Source: an uncultured Candidatus Saccharibacteria bacterium
GTDB taxonomy: Bacteria > Patescibacteriota > Saccharimonadia > Saccharimonadales > CAYLGV01
NCBI GenBank assembly: GCA_964394925.1
Contig: CAYMZG010000002.1
Location: 20,947-84,946 of the forward strand
Direction: 5' to 3'
Length of the DNA stretch: 64,000 bases
Shown here piece by piece: positions 17,754 through 29,697 of the stretch (within the stretch, counting starts at the first letter, position 1; the number at the start of each line of letters is the position of its first letter). Both the position numbers and the translations under genes were made by a program. The notes under the pieces are model-generated. The model searched no databases. It was not told the DNA's origin and worked only from the letters and a program-made list of their open reading frames with translations.

Positions 17754-18773
17754 ATGAATATATTAGTTACGGGTGGAACTGGTTATATAGGCTCCCATGT
17801 AGTTGTTGAGCTCGTAAATGCTGGGCACACCCCTATCATCGTCGATAACTTCAACAATTCACGCCCTGATGTTTTGCAAAACATCACTTCCATCATCGGC
17901 AACCAGCCAACCTTCTATGAGCACGACTACGCGGATGTTGAGTTCCTTAAACACCTTTTTGTAAAAGAAAACATAGAGGGAGTTATACACTTTGCAGCAT
18001 ATAAGGCTGTTGGTGAGTCGGTCGAAAAACCTATTAAATACTATAAGAATAACGTTGCTGGTTTAGTGGCACTACTTGAGGCAATGGAAGCATGCACCGT
18101 TCAGAACCTTGTATTTTCTTCTTCTTGTACGGTATATGGAGATACTGATGCCCAGCCACTCAATGAAGGATCTACTATTCAGCCGGCGAACTCACCATAT
18201 GGGTCAACAAAACAGATGGGTGAGCGGATTATTTCAGACGTAACTTCTGCCAGCAAGCAGCTAAAAAGTGTGTATCTGCGCTACTTTAACCCAATCGGAG
18301 CTCACCCTTCATCAAAGATCGGAGAGCTTCCTCTTGGGAGGCCAAGCAACTTAGTACCATTCCTAACACAGACAGTGGCAGGCTGGCATCAGGAACTTAC
18401 CGTGTTCGGGAATGACTATCCGACCATCGATGGAACCTGTGTCCGTGACTACATACATGTCATTGATCTCGCTAAGGCACATATTAAGGCAGTTGAATTC
18501 TTGTCGAAGAAAAAGCCAAGTTTCATTGATGTGTTTAATGTAGGGACCGGAAACGGCAAGAGTGTCCTGGAGGTCATAGAAGCCTTTGAAGCAGCTACAA
18601 ATGAGAAAGTACCGTATAAGATTGGGCCCCGTAGATCAGGTGATGTCGTAACCGCTTACGCAGATACAACAAAGATTAAGCAAGTACTGAGGTGGCATGC
18701 CGAAAAATCACTAGAAGATTGCCTCTTCGATGCATGGAACTGGCAGAAAACCCTAACCAAATCTGAGGTATAA
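17754..18773 (+). CDS. galE: UDP-glucose 4-epimerase
   Basis: GGTGYIGSH; HFAAYKAVGES; SSSCTVYG; YGSTK; LRYFNPIGAH; DGTCVRDYIHV. Confidence 0.96.
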   Translation: MNILVTGGTGYIGSHVVVELVNAGHTPIIVDNFNNSRPDVLQNITSIIGNQPTFYEHDYADVEFLKHLFVKENIEGVIHFAAYKAVGESVEKPIKYYKNNVAGLVALLEAMEACTVQNLVFSSSCTVYGDTDAQPLNEGSTIQPANSPYGSTKQMGERIISDVTSASKQLKSVYLRYFNPIGAHPSSKIGELPLGRPSNLVPFLTQTVAGWHQELTVFGNDYPTIDGTCVRDYIHVIDLAKAHIKAVEFLSKKKPSFIDVFNVGTGNGKSVLEVIEAFEAATNEKVPYKIGPRRSGDVVTAYADTTKIKQVLRWHAEKSLEDCLFDAWNWQKTLTKSEV

Positions 18774-18776
18774 TAA

Positions 18777-19780
<1,004 letters not shown>

Positions 19781-19781
<1 letters not shown>

Positions 19782-20338
19782 TGGGTCAGTCAACGTTTGA
19801 GGTAGAAAAGACCACCATTCAAGGCCTATTCACCGTGAAGTTTAAAGTTTTCGAAGATGATCGTGGCTCGGTAATGGAGTTTTATCGCCAGTCTGAATTC
19901 GAAAAAGCAGGCTTGCCAAGTTTGGGCGAAAGACCACAGGTGAATGCACCGATGACCGTAAAGGGTGCCTTAAGAGGTGTGCACGCCGAGTTCGCACACA
20001 AACTGGTGTCAGTTGCAGGCGGTGAAGTCTATGCCGTGATTGTGGACCTTCGCAAAGAGTCTGAAACCGCAGGAAAATGGCAATGCTTTACCCTGCGCCG
20101 TGGTGAGGGACTTTTTGTATCAAAAGGCCTTGGCAATTCATTCCAATCAACAAGCAATGAACCATCCGTATATCTCTATTACTTTGAAGAGGAGTGGTTC
20201 CCTGGCATGCCTGGACTAGCCTGTAACCCACTCGATGAAGATTTGGCAATTGATTGGCCAATAAAACATGGTGAGGGCATGATCATCTCTGAGAAAGATC
20301 AGAATAACCCTTCTCTTAAAGAAGTGTTGGGGGCGTAA
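19781..20338 (+). CDS. rmlC: dTDP-4-dehydrorhamnose 3,5-epimerase
   Basis: FEDDRG; LRGVH; VIVDLRKES; GLGNSFQ; IDWP; SEKD; position in the rml operon. Confidence 0.9.
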
Positions 20339-21192
20339 TGGACGATTCAAAAATATTCATCGTTGGTGCTAACGGTCAGCTTGGGCAAGCCTTGCAAGCA
20401 CAATATCCTAATGCTCAAAAAGCTGATATTAATGAGCTCGACATTACCAGCCGCGAATCCGTCTTAGGCTTTGATTGGTCGGGAATTCAAGTCATTTTGA
20501 ACGCCGCTGCCTTTACCAACGTTGATGGTGCCGAGACCGACGAGGGCCGCGTGGCTGCCTGGAAAGTTAACGCCACGGCCGTTGGCTATCTGGCTGAGGT
20601 TGCCCGAAAACACAGCATGACACTCGTGCATATCTCAACAGACTATGTGTTTGACGGCACAAAAGATCCTCACACCGAAGATGAGGCTTTTGCGCCCCTT
20701 TCCGTATATGGCGCCAGTAAGGCCGCTGGCGATCTGCTCGTTGGTCAGCTCGAAAAGCATTATATTCTGCGCACCAGCTGGGTTATTGGTGAGGGCAAGA
20801 ACTTTGTACGCACCATGCTCGGCTTGGCCGAAAAAGGCATTTCACCCTCTGTTGTATCGGATCAGATTGGACGTTTGACGTTCACAAGTGAGCTGGTGCG
20901 AGCCATCGTGCATTTATTAGAGAAAGGCGCCACGTTTGGCACCTACAACGTTAGCAACGACGGCCCATCAGTGAGCTGGGCAGAGATCACTCGGCGTATA
21001 TTTAGCCTCTCAGGCCATGACGACCTCACTGTTACCGATACTACGACCGCTGAATACTACGCTGGCAAGGAGGGCATTGCACCACGACCGTTACAGAGCA
21101 CGCTTGACCTGAGTAAGCTGCAAGCCACGGGTTATTCATCGAATAACTGGGAAGATGATCTGAATTCATATATCGAAAAGGAGCTTTCATAA
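20338..21192 (+). CDS. rmlD: dTDP-4-dehydrorhamnose reductase
   Basis: GANGQLG; NAAAFTNVD; STDYVFDG; YGASK; RTSWV; APRP. Confidence 0.95.
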   Translation: MDDSKIFIVGANGQLGQALQAQYPNAQKADINELDITSRESVLGFDWSGIQVILNAAAFTNVDGAETDEGRVAAWKVNATAVGYLAEVARKHSMTLVHISTDYVFDGTKDPHTEDEAFAPLSVYGASKAAGDLLVGQLEKHYILRTSWVIGEGKNFVRTMLGLAEKGISPSVVSDQIGRLTFTSELVRAIVHLLEKGATFGTYNVSNDGPSVSWAEITRRIFSLSGHDDLTVTDTTTAEYYAGKEGIAPRPLQSTLDLSKLQATGYSSNNWEDDLNSYIEKELS

Positions 21193-21193
21193 C

Positions 21194-22057
21194 ATGAAAG
21201 GTATTGTATTAGCCGGCGGCTCAGGCACACGCCTCTACCCCATTACTAAAGGCATCAGCAAACAGCTCATGCCCATCTACGACAAGCCCATGATCTATTA
21301 CCCCATCAGCACACTTATGAGTGCAGGTATTCGAGAGATTCTCATTATCACCACGCCGCAAGATCAGTCGCAGTTTCAACGACTCCTTGGCGACGGCTCG
21401 GATTGGGGCATTAGCCTTTCGTATGAAGTGCAGCCAGAACCCAAGGGTTTGGCGCAGGCCTTTACCATTGGCGCCAACTTTATTGGCATAGACAAGGTAG
21501 CTATGATTCTGGGCGACAACTTGTTTTATGGCCCTTCTATGGAAGAAAGTCTTAAAGGCCTCACCGACATCGACGGCGCTGTTGGTTTTGCCGCCCAAGT
21601 GACCGACCCAGAGCGCTACGGTGTGTACGAGTTTGACGAGAATATGAACGTGCTGTCGATTGAAGAAAAGCCCGCCCAGCCGAAGTCTAACTACGCCAAC
21701 TCAGGTTTGTACTTTTGTGACAATGAAGTGGTTGAGATTGCCCGCAATGTGCAACCAAGTGAACGCGGTGAAGTCGAAATCACCTCTGTGCTCGATGCCT
21801 ATTTGCAACGCGGCAAATTGAAGGTTTCGCTCTTAGACCGTGGTACGGCGTGGCTCGACACTGGTACCTTTGAGTCGATGAATGATGCCTCGGAGTACAT
21901 ACGCGTGATCGAACATCGCACCGGCATTAAGATTGGGTGCCCGGAGGAGATTGCATACCGTGAAGGGTTTATCTCTGCCGAACAATTACAAGCATTAGCA
22001 AGTGGTTTAGTTAAATCAGGTTACGGTAAGTACCTGGTGGCATTACTAGAACAATAG
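21194..22057 (+). CDS. rmlA: Glucose-1-phosphate thymidylyltransferase
   Basis: [14 protein letters not shown]; [16 protein letters not shown]; WLDTGT. Confidence 0.97.
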   Translation: MKGIVLAGGSGTRLYPITKGISKQLMPIYDKPMIYYPISTLMSAGIREILIITTPQDQSQFQRLLGDGSDWGISLSYEVQPEPKGLAQAFTIGANFIGIDKVAMILGDNLFYGPSMEESLKGLTDIDGAVGFAAQVTDPERYGVYEFDENMNVLSIEEKPAQPKSNYANSGLYFCDNEVVEIARNVQPSERGEVEITSVLDAYLQRGKLKVSLLDRGTAWLDTGTFESMNDASEYIRVIEHRTGIKIGCPEEIAYREGFISAEQLQALASGLVKSGYGKYLVALLEQ

Positions 22058-22927
22058 TTATTTGTTATTTGCCACAAACTCGCTTATGTAGTCCATAACA
22101 TCAACAGTTGTTTCCCACTTCAGCTCTTCACGTGCTCTTTCGATCACATCACCAGATTCTGCGCGGCCTGGACTACCATCAATAAGTTTTATGGGGTCTC
22201 CAAAAGCCTCTGCAATCTCAAGCACAGAATAAGCTTTCTTATTGCAAAGCATGTAGCCATCGCCTTGGCCTTTTTCGGCTGCCAAAATAATGCCTCTGGC
22301 CAAGTCGCCAACATAGGTAAAATTACGCTTCTGAGTTCCTGGTTTTACGACTGTCAACGGTCCTTTATTCACATGCGCTTGTTCAAACTTAGCAATGAGC
22401 GTTGCATATTTTCCATCACCATTTTCCCGTGGGCCAAAGGCATTGTAGAAATAGCAGATGGCGTATGGCAGATCGTACCAGCGACCATAGTCATTCACAA
22501 GATCAACATTGGTTGCCTTACTGAACCCATACGGGCTTTGGTGTCGACCATCACCTTCAATGGCAAACTTTGTACTTGAGCCAGCATAAACCAGTTTCCC
22601 TACACAACGATTACGACAGAACTCAACCACTGCAAAAGTGCCTACAATGTTCATATCGTAAACAAGTGCTATATCGTCGAATGAAGATGATATCCGAGCA
22701 TACTCACCTAGATGAAATACAATATCAGGTGTCTCGGGGATAAGTTTATCGATGTCCTTAGTATGACCTTCGCGGTACTCTGCACCAGCAATGTGATTCT
22801 CTTTTTTGCCGGTAAAGTAGTTATCGAGTGAGATGACTGTGTAGTCAGGGTGGTCTTGGAGTAGTTGCTCAACTATATGTGAACCAACATGGCCCGCGCC
22901 ACCAGTAACAAGGATTGTTTTAGCCAT
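22058..22927 (-). CDS. NAD-dependent nucleotide-sugar epimerase/dehydratase (extended SDR)
   Basis: TGGAGHVGSH; YAGSS; SPYGFSK (YxxxK); RNFTYVGD. Confidence 0.9.
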   Translation of the reverse strand: MAKTILVTGGAGHVGSHIVEQLLQDHPDYTVISLDNYFTGKKENHIAGAEYREGHTKDIDKLIPETPDIVFHLGEYARISSSFDDIALVYDMNIVGTFAVVEFCRNRCVGKLVYAGSSTKFAIEGDGRHQSPYGFSKATNVDLVNDYGRWYDLPYAICYFYNAFGPRENGDGKYATLIAKFEQAHVNKGPLTVVKPGTQKRNFTYVGDLARGIILAAEKGQGDGYMLCNKKAYSVLEIAEAFGDPIKLIDGSPGRAESGDVIERAREELKWETTVDVMDYISEFVANNK

Positions 22928-24239
22928 TCACAACCTGTCGGCCGATACTCTCGTAGTGGAAGCCTTGTTCTTTCATTTCATCAAGATCATAGAGATTTCG
23001 GCCATCGAAAATAACCGGAGCCTTCAAAAGACCCTTAACACGCTTGTAGTCAGGAGTGAAGAACTCTTTCCAATTGGTTGCAATGATTAGGGCGTCGGCC
23101 TGGTCTAAAACATCGTATTCGTTCTCAGCAAATGTAAGGTTGCTATTATCCGCCAAGGCACGCTTAACATGACCGATCGCCTGCGGGTCAAAGGCCACAA
23201 TCTTGGCACCTTTCTCGGTAAGTTGACGAATAATCTCAAGGGCAGGTGATTCACGGATGTCATCGGTATTATCCTTAAAAGCCAAGCCCCAAAGCGCGAA
23301 TGTTTTACCTTCTATATCATCTTTGTAATAGTTACATACTTTTTGCGGCAGAACTTTTTTCTGACGTTCATTAGCATCAATAGTTGCTTGTACGATACTG
23401 AGCTCAACACCATGTTCTTCGCCCGTTTTCTTCAGTGCTAAAGTATCTTTAGGGAAGCAGCTTCCGCCATAGCCGGGACCTGGGTATAGAAACTCTGGGC
23501 CAATCCGTCGATCAGAACCCATACCACCGCGGACCATATCAATATCCGCACCGGCAGCTTCACATAATGCAGTTAGTTCGTTAATAAAACTGATCTTGGT
23601 TGCCAAGAAACCATTTGCGGCGTATTTGATCATTTCAGCGGAAGGTTCATCAGTAAATACCAACCTGCTTGGCTCTTTCCGAACAAGTGGACGATATAGT
23701 TCTTGCATGAGCTCTTGTGCTCGTTCAGAAGAAGTCCCAACAACAACGCGGTCCGGGTTCATGAAGTCACCAACAGCCTGCCCTTCACGCAAAAACTCAG
23801 GATTGGAAACCACGTCGTATTCAACGGTGGCGTTCTTAGCGATAGTTTCGTAAACTTTCTTGGCTGTCCCAACTGGTACGGTACTCTTATCAACAACAAC
23901 GATGTATTGTTTAAGTTTCTTGCCTATATCTTCTGCAACACCGAGAATATAAGACAAGTCAGCCGAGCCATCCTCCCCGGGCGGAGTAGGCAAGGCCAGG
24001 AAAAGAATCTGCGCATCAAGGGCATCCTCTAACTTTGTCGTAAAAGTCATGCGACCTTCGCGAATATTTCGTTCAAGCAAGTCTTCGAGCCCAGGCTCGT
24101 GAATAGGTATTTCGCCATTTTGTAAGCGTTTAACTTTGGCTTCATCAATGTCCACACAAATAACGTCATTACCTATTTCTGCAAAACATGTGCCGGATAC
24201 AAGTCCAACGTATCCTGTTCCAACTACCCCTATCTTCAT
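22920..24239 (-). CDS. ugd: UDP-glucose 6-dehydrogenase
   Basis: GTGYVGL; KSTVPVGT; SNPEFLREG; GYGGSCFPKD; FKDNTDDIRES; FDGRN. Confidence 0.95.
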   Translation of the reverse strand: MKIGVVGTGYVGLVSGTCFAEIGNDVICVDIDEAKVKRLQNGEIPIHEPGLEDLLERNIREGRMTFTTKLEDALDAQILFLALPTPPGEDGSADLSYILGVAEDIGKKLKQYIVVVDKSTVPVGTAKKVYETIAKNATVEYDVVSNPEFLREGQAVGDFMNPDRVVVGTSSERAQELMQELYRPLVRKEPSRLVFTDEPSAEMIKYAANGFLATKISFINELTALCEAAGADIDMVRGGMGSDRRIGPEFLYPGPGYGGSCFPKDTLALKKTGEEHGVELSIVQATIDANERQKKVLPQKVCNYYKDDIEGKTFALWGLAFKDNTDDIRESPALEIIRQLTEKGAKIVAFDPQAIGHVKRALADNSNLTFAENEYDVLDQADALIIATNWKEFFTPDYKRVKGLLKAPVIFDGRNLYDLDEMKEQGFHYESIGRQVVNG

Positions 24240-24269
24240 CGTCTACCCCTCGATTACAACTTGGTAATG

Positions 24270-25706
24270 CTATTTTTCTTTTAGACCGGTCTTGGTAATA
24301 ACTGAGGCTTCCTGGTACTCATCATCACTGTTAATGTCCCAGAGATCATGCTGCGCACCGTCTGCAATATTTTCTGCAGCCAACATACCCATAAGGATGC
24401 TGTGGTCCTGGTTGTTATACTTGAATGCACCGTAGCGTCCAATGATTTGCAGGTTCTTATAGCCACGTAGGAAGTCCTCGACCTGCGTAAGCTGCTTCTT
24501 GTAGCCACGACCATAAACCGGGTAACAGCGTGGCACACGAACTATCATGCCATCTGTAATCTGTTTACTCTCTACAAGACCCGTTTTTGCCAACTCTTCT
24601 TTAGCAAGTGCAACGTATTGTTCCTCATCCCAGTGCCAAAAGTCGTCTTCATCAAAGCTCCAGTATTCCATAGCAATGATGGATTCTTTTTTACCCTGAT
24701 TAATAGACGGCACCCAGTTACGGAAGTTGGTAATACGACCTGTGCGTAGATCGGTACTATGTACGTAGATCCAGTTGTCGGGGAAGATTTCCTTGGCATT
24801 TACCTTTAAATAGACAATGAGAGTGTTACGGAACTTCAATGACTTGTTAGCTTTTACAATCTTCTCAGGCACGCCTTTAAGTCGTCCAACCAGCAACGTT
24901 AACGGCATTGACGAAACAACCTGGTCATAGTTGATTGATTCACCACTTACGAGCTTTACGCCCTTTACGGTTTTACCACTAGTTACGAGTGAGTCAACCG
25001 GAGTTTTAAGGTGAACTTTGCCACCGTTTTTCTCGATGTACTTCTTCATTCGCTCATATACTTCACCGGTACCTTTGTTTGGATAAGCAAACTGGTCAAC
25101 CAGTGTTTTGTGCTTCTCGCCACCACCACCAAAAATGGCGCTCTTGATAGCTTCACTCATTGAGAGTTTCTTAATACGCTGCGAAGCGAATTCAGAGTCA
25201 AGCTTGTTACCAGGAATACCCCAGAGTTTTTCGGTATACGTCTTAAAGAAGTGTCCATAGAGGCGCTTGCCAAAGCGGGCAACTACCCAAGACTCAAACG
25301 TATCACCAAGCTCACGACCACCTGGCTTCACACGCTGCCAACCGTAACTTGCTAGGCAACGGAACGTTTCAATAACTCCAAGATTCTTAAAGGCATTACC
25401 GGCTTTGATTGGGTAGTAGTAGAACTTATTGCGGAAGAAGATTCGCGTGAGACGGTCGACCATTTCGTAGTCTTTACCAATAACTTCGAGCCAAAGCTTA
25501 TTAACGCGTGTGTCATTACTAAAGAATCGGTGTGGACCAATATCTACAATTTGACCCCATAGCTTGAAAGATCGTGCCATACCACCAACAAAGGGAGAAG
25601 CTTCGTAGAGATCAACTTCAACACCCTTTTTTGTTAACTCATAGGCAGCAGTGATACCTGCTGGCCCCGCCCCAATTACTGCAACTTTTTTCTTCTTAGT
25701 GCTCAC
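24270..25706 (-). CDS. FAD-dependent oxidoreductase (UDP-galactopyranose mutase / protoporphyrinogen-oxidase-like, glycan-cluster type)
   Basis: IGAGPAG; VGGMARS; DIGPHRFF; YTEKLWG; YPVY; GRYGAFKYNNQDHS. Confidence 0.82.
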   Translation of the reverse strand: MSTKKKKVAVIGAGPAGITAAYELTKKGVEVDLYEASPFVGGMARSFKLWGQIVDIGPHRFFSNDTRVNKLWLEVIGKDYEMVDRLTRIFFRNKFYYYPIKAGNAFKNLGVIETFRCLASYGWQRVKPGGRELGDTFESWVVARFGKRLYGHFFKTYTEKLWGIPGNKLDSEFASQRIKKLSMSEAIKSAIFGGGGEKHKTLVDQFAYPNKGTGEVYERMKKYIEKNGGKVHLKTPVDSLVTSGKTVKGVKLVSGESINYDQVVSSMPLTLLVGRLKGVPEKIVKANKSLKFRNTLIVYLKVNAKEIFPDNWIYVHSTDLRTGRITNFRNWVPSINQGKKESIIAMEYWSFDEDDFWHWDEEQYVALAKEELAKTGLVESKQITDGMIVRVPRCYPVYGRGYKKQLTQVEDFLRGYKNLQIIGRYGAFKYNNQDHSILMGMLAAENIADGAQHDLWDINSDDEYQEASVITKTGLKEK

Positions 25707-25740
25707 TGTGCCTCCAACTTAACTCATTCAATACTTGAAC

Positions 25741-26220
25741 TTAATACAATATTTTCTTTCGTGCAATGAAATTCCAAAAGAATACAACAATGGTGGACAC
25801 CCCTTTTGCTACGCGATAGTCCAAATGTCCAACCTGAACCATACCAGCAATGATGGCCAGGTTTAAGCCAAGCCCAATAGTACAGATAACAACAAATATA
25901 ATGAATTCAGCCTTGCGAGAAGTGAGTTTGCGCTCAGCAAACACCCACCAAATGCTTAAGTAATAATTAACGGTGACACCGGCTAAAAAGCTCATGGTTG
26001 CTGCGACTAGGTAGTTAATACCGAACAGCTCTTTAAAGACAATGAGCAGGCCAAAATCAACAATTAACGCAACGACTGAGACTGCAAGGCTTCGAATTGC
26101 TTGAACGGAAGTGCGACTAGAAGGCTTTAGGCCTACTGAATCCACAAGCAGACCCCACACATACTCGGGATGTGTTTTTTTAACGTCTGATACTATACCC
26201 TCGCTTGGCGAGTTTGCCAT
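25741..26220 (-). CDS. GtrA-family flippase-like protein
   Basis: VDFGLL; NYYLSIWWVF; WNFIARKKILY; likely start ATG 26220. Confidence 0.88.
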   Translation of the reverse strand: MANSPSEGIVSDVKKTHPEYVWGLLVDSVGLKPSSRTSVQAIRSLAVSVVALIVDFGLLIVFKELFGINYLVAATMSFLAGVTVNYYLSIWWVFAERKLTSRKAEFIIFVVICTIGLGLNLAIIAGMVQVGHLDYRVAKGVSTIVVFFWNFIARKKILY

Positions 26221-26313
26221 TGTAACTTCTCCGTACTTCAGTCTAAATTGTATCATTTACTGGAACATATTTTAAGTTTTCCACCTGGTTAGGCTTGGTG
26301 CTACTATTGGAGC

Positions 26314-28143
26314 ATGAAAGATTCTAAAAAGAACCCGTATGCACTTGGTGCTATTGGTGAGGTCATCACGAAACTTGGTCTTCTATTCGTATCATTCTCA
26401 TTAGCTTTGAATATTTCGCGCTTCTTCCGTTTGCCGTATAAAAACCCGTATAACATCTCATCGCCTGGCAACGCCATCCATTTTATGCCAAACAATAATT
26501 ATCTACGGGTTATTGCGGTAATTGGTATTACAATTGGGCTGTTTTACGCCTTTCAATGGTTATTTAGGAAATCTAATCTACTCGCCAGGCTCACACTCGT
26601 TGGTCTCTTTAGTTTATTTGTTTTCTTTGGCTTTATTGCACCTAGTTATTCACACTTTGTTGGTAACGTTGACGTGTTCCATCATGGCGAACAGCTTGGC
26701 CCTGGCCTCGCATTCTATGAAGGAAAAACCTTATTTAAAGATGTTTTCTTTTTGCATGGGGCCGGTGAAGATGCAGTCCTACCAGCACTTTCGTTCCATA
26801 TATTCGGCAAGTCGATTGGCTCATACTACTTATTAAATGGTTTGCTTGAGGGGCTAAGTGCGGCGATCTTTATATTCTTAATCCACGTACTAATTAAGCA
26901 GCGTGACTTATTTATTCTCGCCCTTGTTTGGCTAACCAGTACAACTTACTCAACGTTCTATTACGTTCGAGATATCTTTGTTTGGATAAATATCCTGCTG
27001 GTCTATCTACTCTTTAGTCGCTCAATGAGTGTTAAGAAGCAACTTGGTGTCTACTTTGGAGTTGGGGTAGTCTCGGCGCTGGCTATGTTCCACTCCATTG
27101 ATCGAGGCATATACCTACTGGCCTTGGATGTCTTTGTAGTTATCGCTACTGCCTTACTTGTTGAAGGTAAAACGCAGTACGAGCTTGCCCCTAAGGCAGG
27201 GCTTGTTCTCAAGGCCAAGAAGATTGTGAGCCTTGGGGTTGGTTATCTTATTGTTTATCTGGCTGGTTTGGCTTACCTACGACCTGCCGCTTTTACGGAA
27301 TTCTTGAAGATGACGCTGCGTACTATTCCTAAGTTTGAGGGTATGATGTTTGACGGTCCGATCGCAAATCTTGACAAAGATACCTTACTGTTTTGGATAC
27401 CAATTATGGTTGCCACACTACTTACACTAATTCTCATTAAACAGGTTACGAAGCGTCAGAAGAAGTTTGATCGCCCATTCGCGTTTGCTGTTGTCTTCTT
27501 GTTGTTTGCACTTGTTTTCTTAAAGGGTGGTACCGGAATGGCCGATACGCCACATATGGCCTATGCTACCCCTGTTTTATTCCTGTGCGCCTTCTATATA
27601 TTCAGTATAACTATTCCTAAAATTTCTTGGAAAGGAATGCGGTGGACTGAGGTATGGCCAGTCTTTGTAGCGGCCGCTCTTATGTTCTGTCTGCCGACAT
27701 ACAATCTACTTAAAATCCCTGCTTACAACCAGGTATCAACTCCGCTTATTAAAAACTTCTTCAGAATGTACAAACAGCCAGATTCATACTGGCTTCCGCA
27801 GACCGTAAAAGATACCCGGGATTACATTACTAGTCATTCGAGTCCTGGTGACTCAGTATTTGTTATGTCTTCTCAGCCAATTTACTATTACCTCGCCGAC
27901 CGCAATAACCCATCGCGTTTCTACATCACCTGGTTCGCGGATCCACAACCATATACTAATGAAATGCTAGCAAGTCTCAAAAAAGATCCGCCCAAGTATA
28001 TTATTTACCAAACAGGAAACTATTACGACCGACCGCAGTTCATCCCAATGACCGAACGAGTACCAGAAGTTAACCAATGGATTCTTGATAACTATAAGCA
28101 TGACCAAACCCTAGACGGTACGGTAATTATTAAGTCTAAGTAA
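26314..28143 (+). CDS. Polytopic membrane protein, probable GT-C-fold glycosyltransferase
   Basis: About 12 TM segments; DVFHHGE..G...G.TLFKD.FF.HG first loop; C-terminal soluble domain GDSVFV...IYYYLADR.NP..F, PPKYII. Confidence 0.65.
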   Translation: MKDSKKNPYALGAIGEVITKLGLLFVSFSLALNISRFFRLPYKNPYNISSPGNAIHFMPNNNYLRVIAVIGITIGLFYAFQWLFRKSNLLARLTLVGLFSLFVFFGFIAPSYSHFVGNVDVFHHGEQLGPGLAFYEGKTLFKDVFFLHGAGEDAVLPALSFHIFGKSIGSYYLLNGLLEGLSAAIFIFLIHVLIKQRDLFILALVWLTSTTYSTFYYVRDIFVWINILLVYLLFSRSMSVKKQLGVYFGVGVVSALAMFHSIDRGIYLLALDVFVVIATALLVEGKTQYELAPKAGLVLKAKKIVSLGVGYLIVYLAGLAYLRPAAFTEFLKMTLRTIPKFEGMMFDGPIANLDKDTLLFWIPIMVATLLTLILIKQVTKRQKKFDRPFAFAVVFLLFALVFLKGGTGMADTPHMAYATPVLFLCAFYIFSITIPKISWKGMRWTEVWPVFVAAALMFCLPTYNLLKIPAYNQVSTPLIKNFFRMYKQPDSYWLPQTVKDTRDYITSHSSPGDSVFVMSSQPIYYYLADRNNPSRFYITWFADPQPYTNEMLASLKKDPPKYIIYQTGNYYDRPQFIPMTERVPEVNQWILDNYKHDQTLDGTVIIKSK

Positions 28144-29606
28144 TGTTTATGGAAAAGGGCTACTCCCTGACCAAGAGATGGACTAAGAATATATTAGATT
28201 TTTTGAGCAGACTCCCCGTTCAGACAAAACTATTTCTTATATTGGGGCTGGTGTTTGGGATTTTATTTGTTTTTGTATCTCACCCAATGCAAGCTCCCGA
28301 TGAGCCATCACATTTTTGGCGTGCATATTCTGTTTCTGACTTACAAGTAAGAACTAAGGAATTCTCCGGTAAGCGGCATGGCTACACACTCCCGGATAAC
28401 ATTATTTCAATAGGTTCTACGTTTGCACTGCTACAGGATCGCAACCAAACAATTCCTTTGGGTACACTCAAGCAATTCGCACTTCAACGTGAGAGCCAAG
28501 CTAAACACGATGTGTATTTCGAAAATACTGCGGCGTATCCGCCGGTGCCATATATCCCTCAAGCAATTGGCATCCGCTTAGCTCGAAGTCTACGTTTAAA
28601 TGTGTTGGCAATTTTCTACTCAGCACGCTTAATGAACTTGTTGGTATTTCTTATTGTTATTGCCCTGTCAATAACAATAACGCCCATTGGGAAATGGATA
28701 TTATTAGTGGTGTCATTGCTACCTATGACTCTATTTGAGGCAAGCTCAGCGTCACCAGATCAATTAATATTCAGTATGTCTTGTCTTTGTGTGGCGTACT
28801 TCTTTTACCTACTAAAAAAACGTAGCCTCGGCTACCAGGCACTCTCTGCTGCTCTACTTATTACAACCGTCCTTTCACTTACAAAACCTGCGTATTTTAT
28901 AGTAGGCTATGTCTTCTTAATGCTACCTGCACGCAGTTTCAAAAGTCGCACATGGCACATTTGCTTTAAGCTATTAATCTTGGGCATGCCTTTACTGTTC
29001 GTTGGGCTTTGGAACATGGCAATCAAAGGTGTAGCAGCAAGCATTGCTGCCAGCTTCAAAGCCGGTGAATACGTAAACATGCATGATCAAGCTAAGTTTG
29101 TCCTACTACACCCACATAAATTACTGTTCGCAATTGTCTACACACTTGGTTATAAATATTCCTTCTCCTTAGGACTTGGGGTTCTGGGAATGCTTGGCTG
29201 GCTTAAAATTGCGCTGCCATTTTATTGCTATGTCATTTTGATTGGTCTGCTTGCAGCGGCTATGTATAAGGACCGTCAAGAGGCAATCAAACAAAAGATT
29301 GCCGTGCCAAGGCATACCCTCTATGGGCTCATCGCCATCGCTATAACTCTTGTATTCGCAATCGTCTCAATTCTTTATCTCACATTTACTAGCGTAGGAT
29401 CCTCGATAGTCGGTGGCCTTCAAGGTAGATACTTTATACCAGTGTTATACCTTGCTTTACCCGCAGCGATGTATCTCATTCCTATTGTGCCCAGTAAAAA
29501 GCAAACTCCGTCTTGGAAACTATTTGGTCTCGGCATTGCCTTTGTGTTAACAGTATCGTTATGCACCTTGTTGATGGTGAACTTTCAACAAGTGTTTCCT
29601 GTATAG
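28143..29606 (+). CDS. DUF2142-family membrane protein (GT-C-like)
   Basis: P.QAPDE..HF.RAY; YPP..YIPQAIG; GMLGWL; GLQGRYFIP. Confidence 0.82.
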   Translation: MFMEKGYSLTKRWTKNILDFLSRLPVQTKLFLILGLVFGILFVFVSHPMQAPDEPSHFWRAYSVSDLQVRTKEFSGKRHGYTLPDNIISIGSTFALLQDRNQTIPLGTLKQFALQRESQAKHDVYFENTAAYPPVPYIPQAIGIRLARSLRLNVLAIFYSARLMNLLVFLIVIALSITITPIGKWILLVVSLLPMTLFEASSASPDQLIFSMSCLCVAYFFYLLKKRSLGYQALSAALLITTVLSLTKPAYFIVGYVFLMLPARSFKSRTWHICFKLLILGMPLLFVGLWNMAIKGVAASIAASFKAGEYVNMHDQAKFVLLHPHKLLFAIVYTLGYKYSFSLGLGVLGMLGWLKIALPFYCYVILIGLLAAAMYKDRQEAIKQKIAVPRHTLYGLIAIAITLVFAIVSILYLTFTSVGSSIVGGLQGRYFIPVLYLALPAAMYLIPIVPSKKQTPSWKLFGLGIAFVLTVSLCTLLMVNFQQVFPV

Positions 29607-29697
29607 GGTAATTTAGCATATACAACAGCCATCGAACCTTTGCAATATTTACGAAAATGGTGTAATATAATAAAACGTAACCATTATTACGCAAGCA

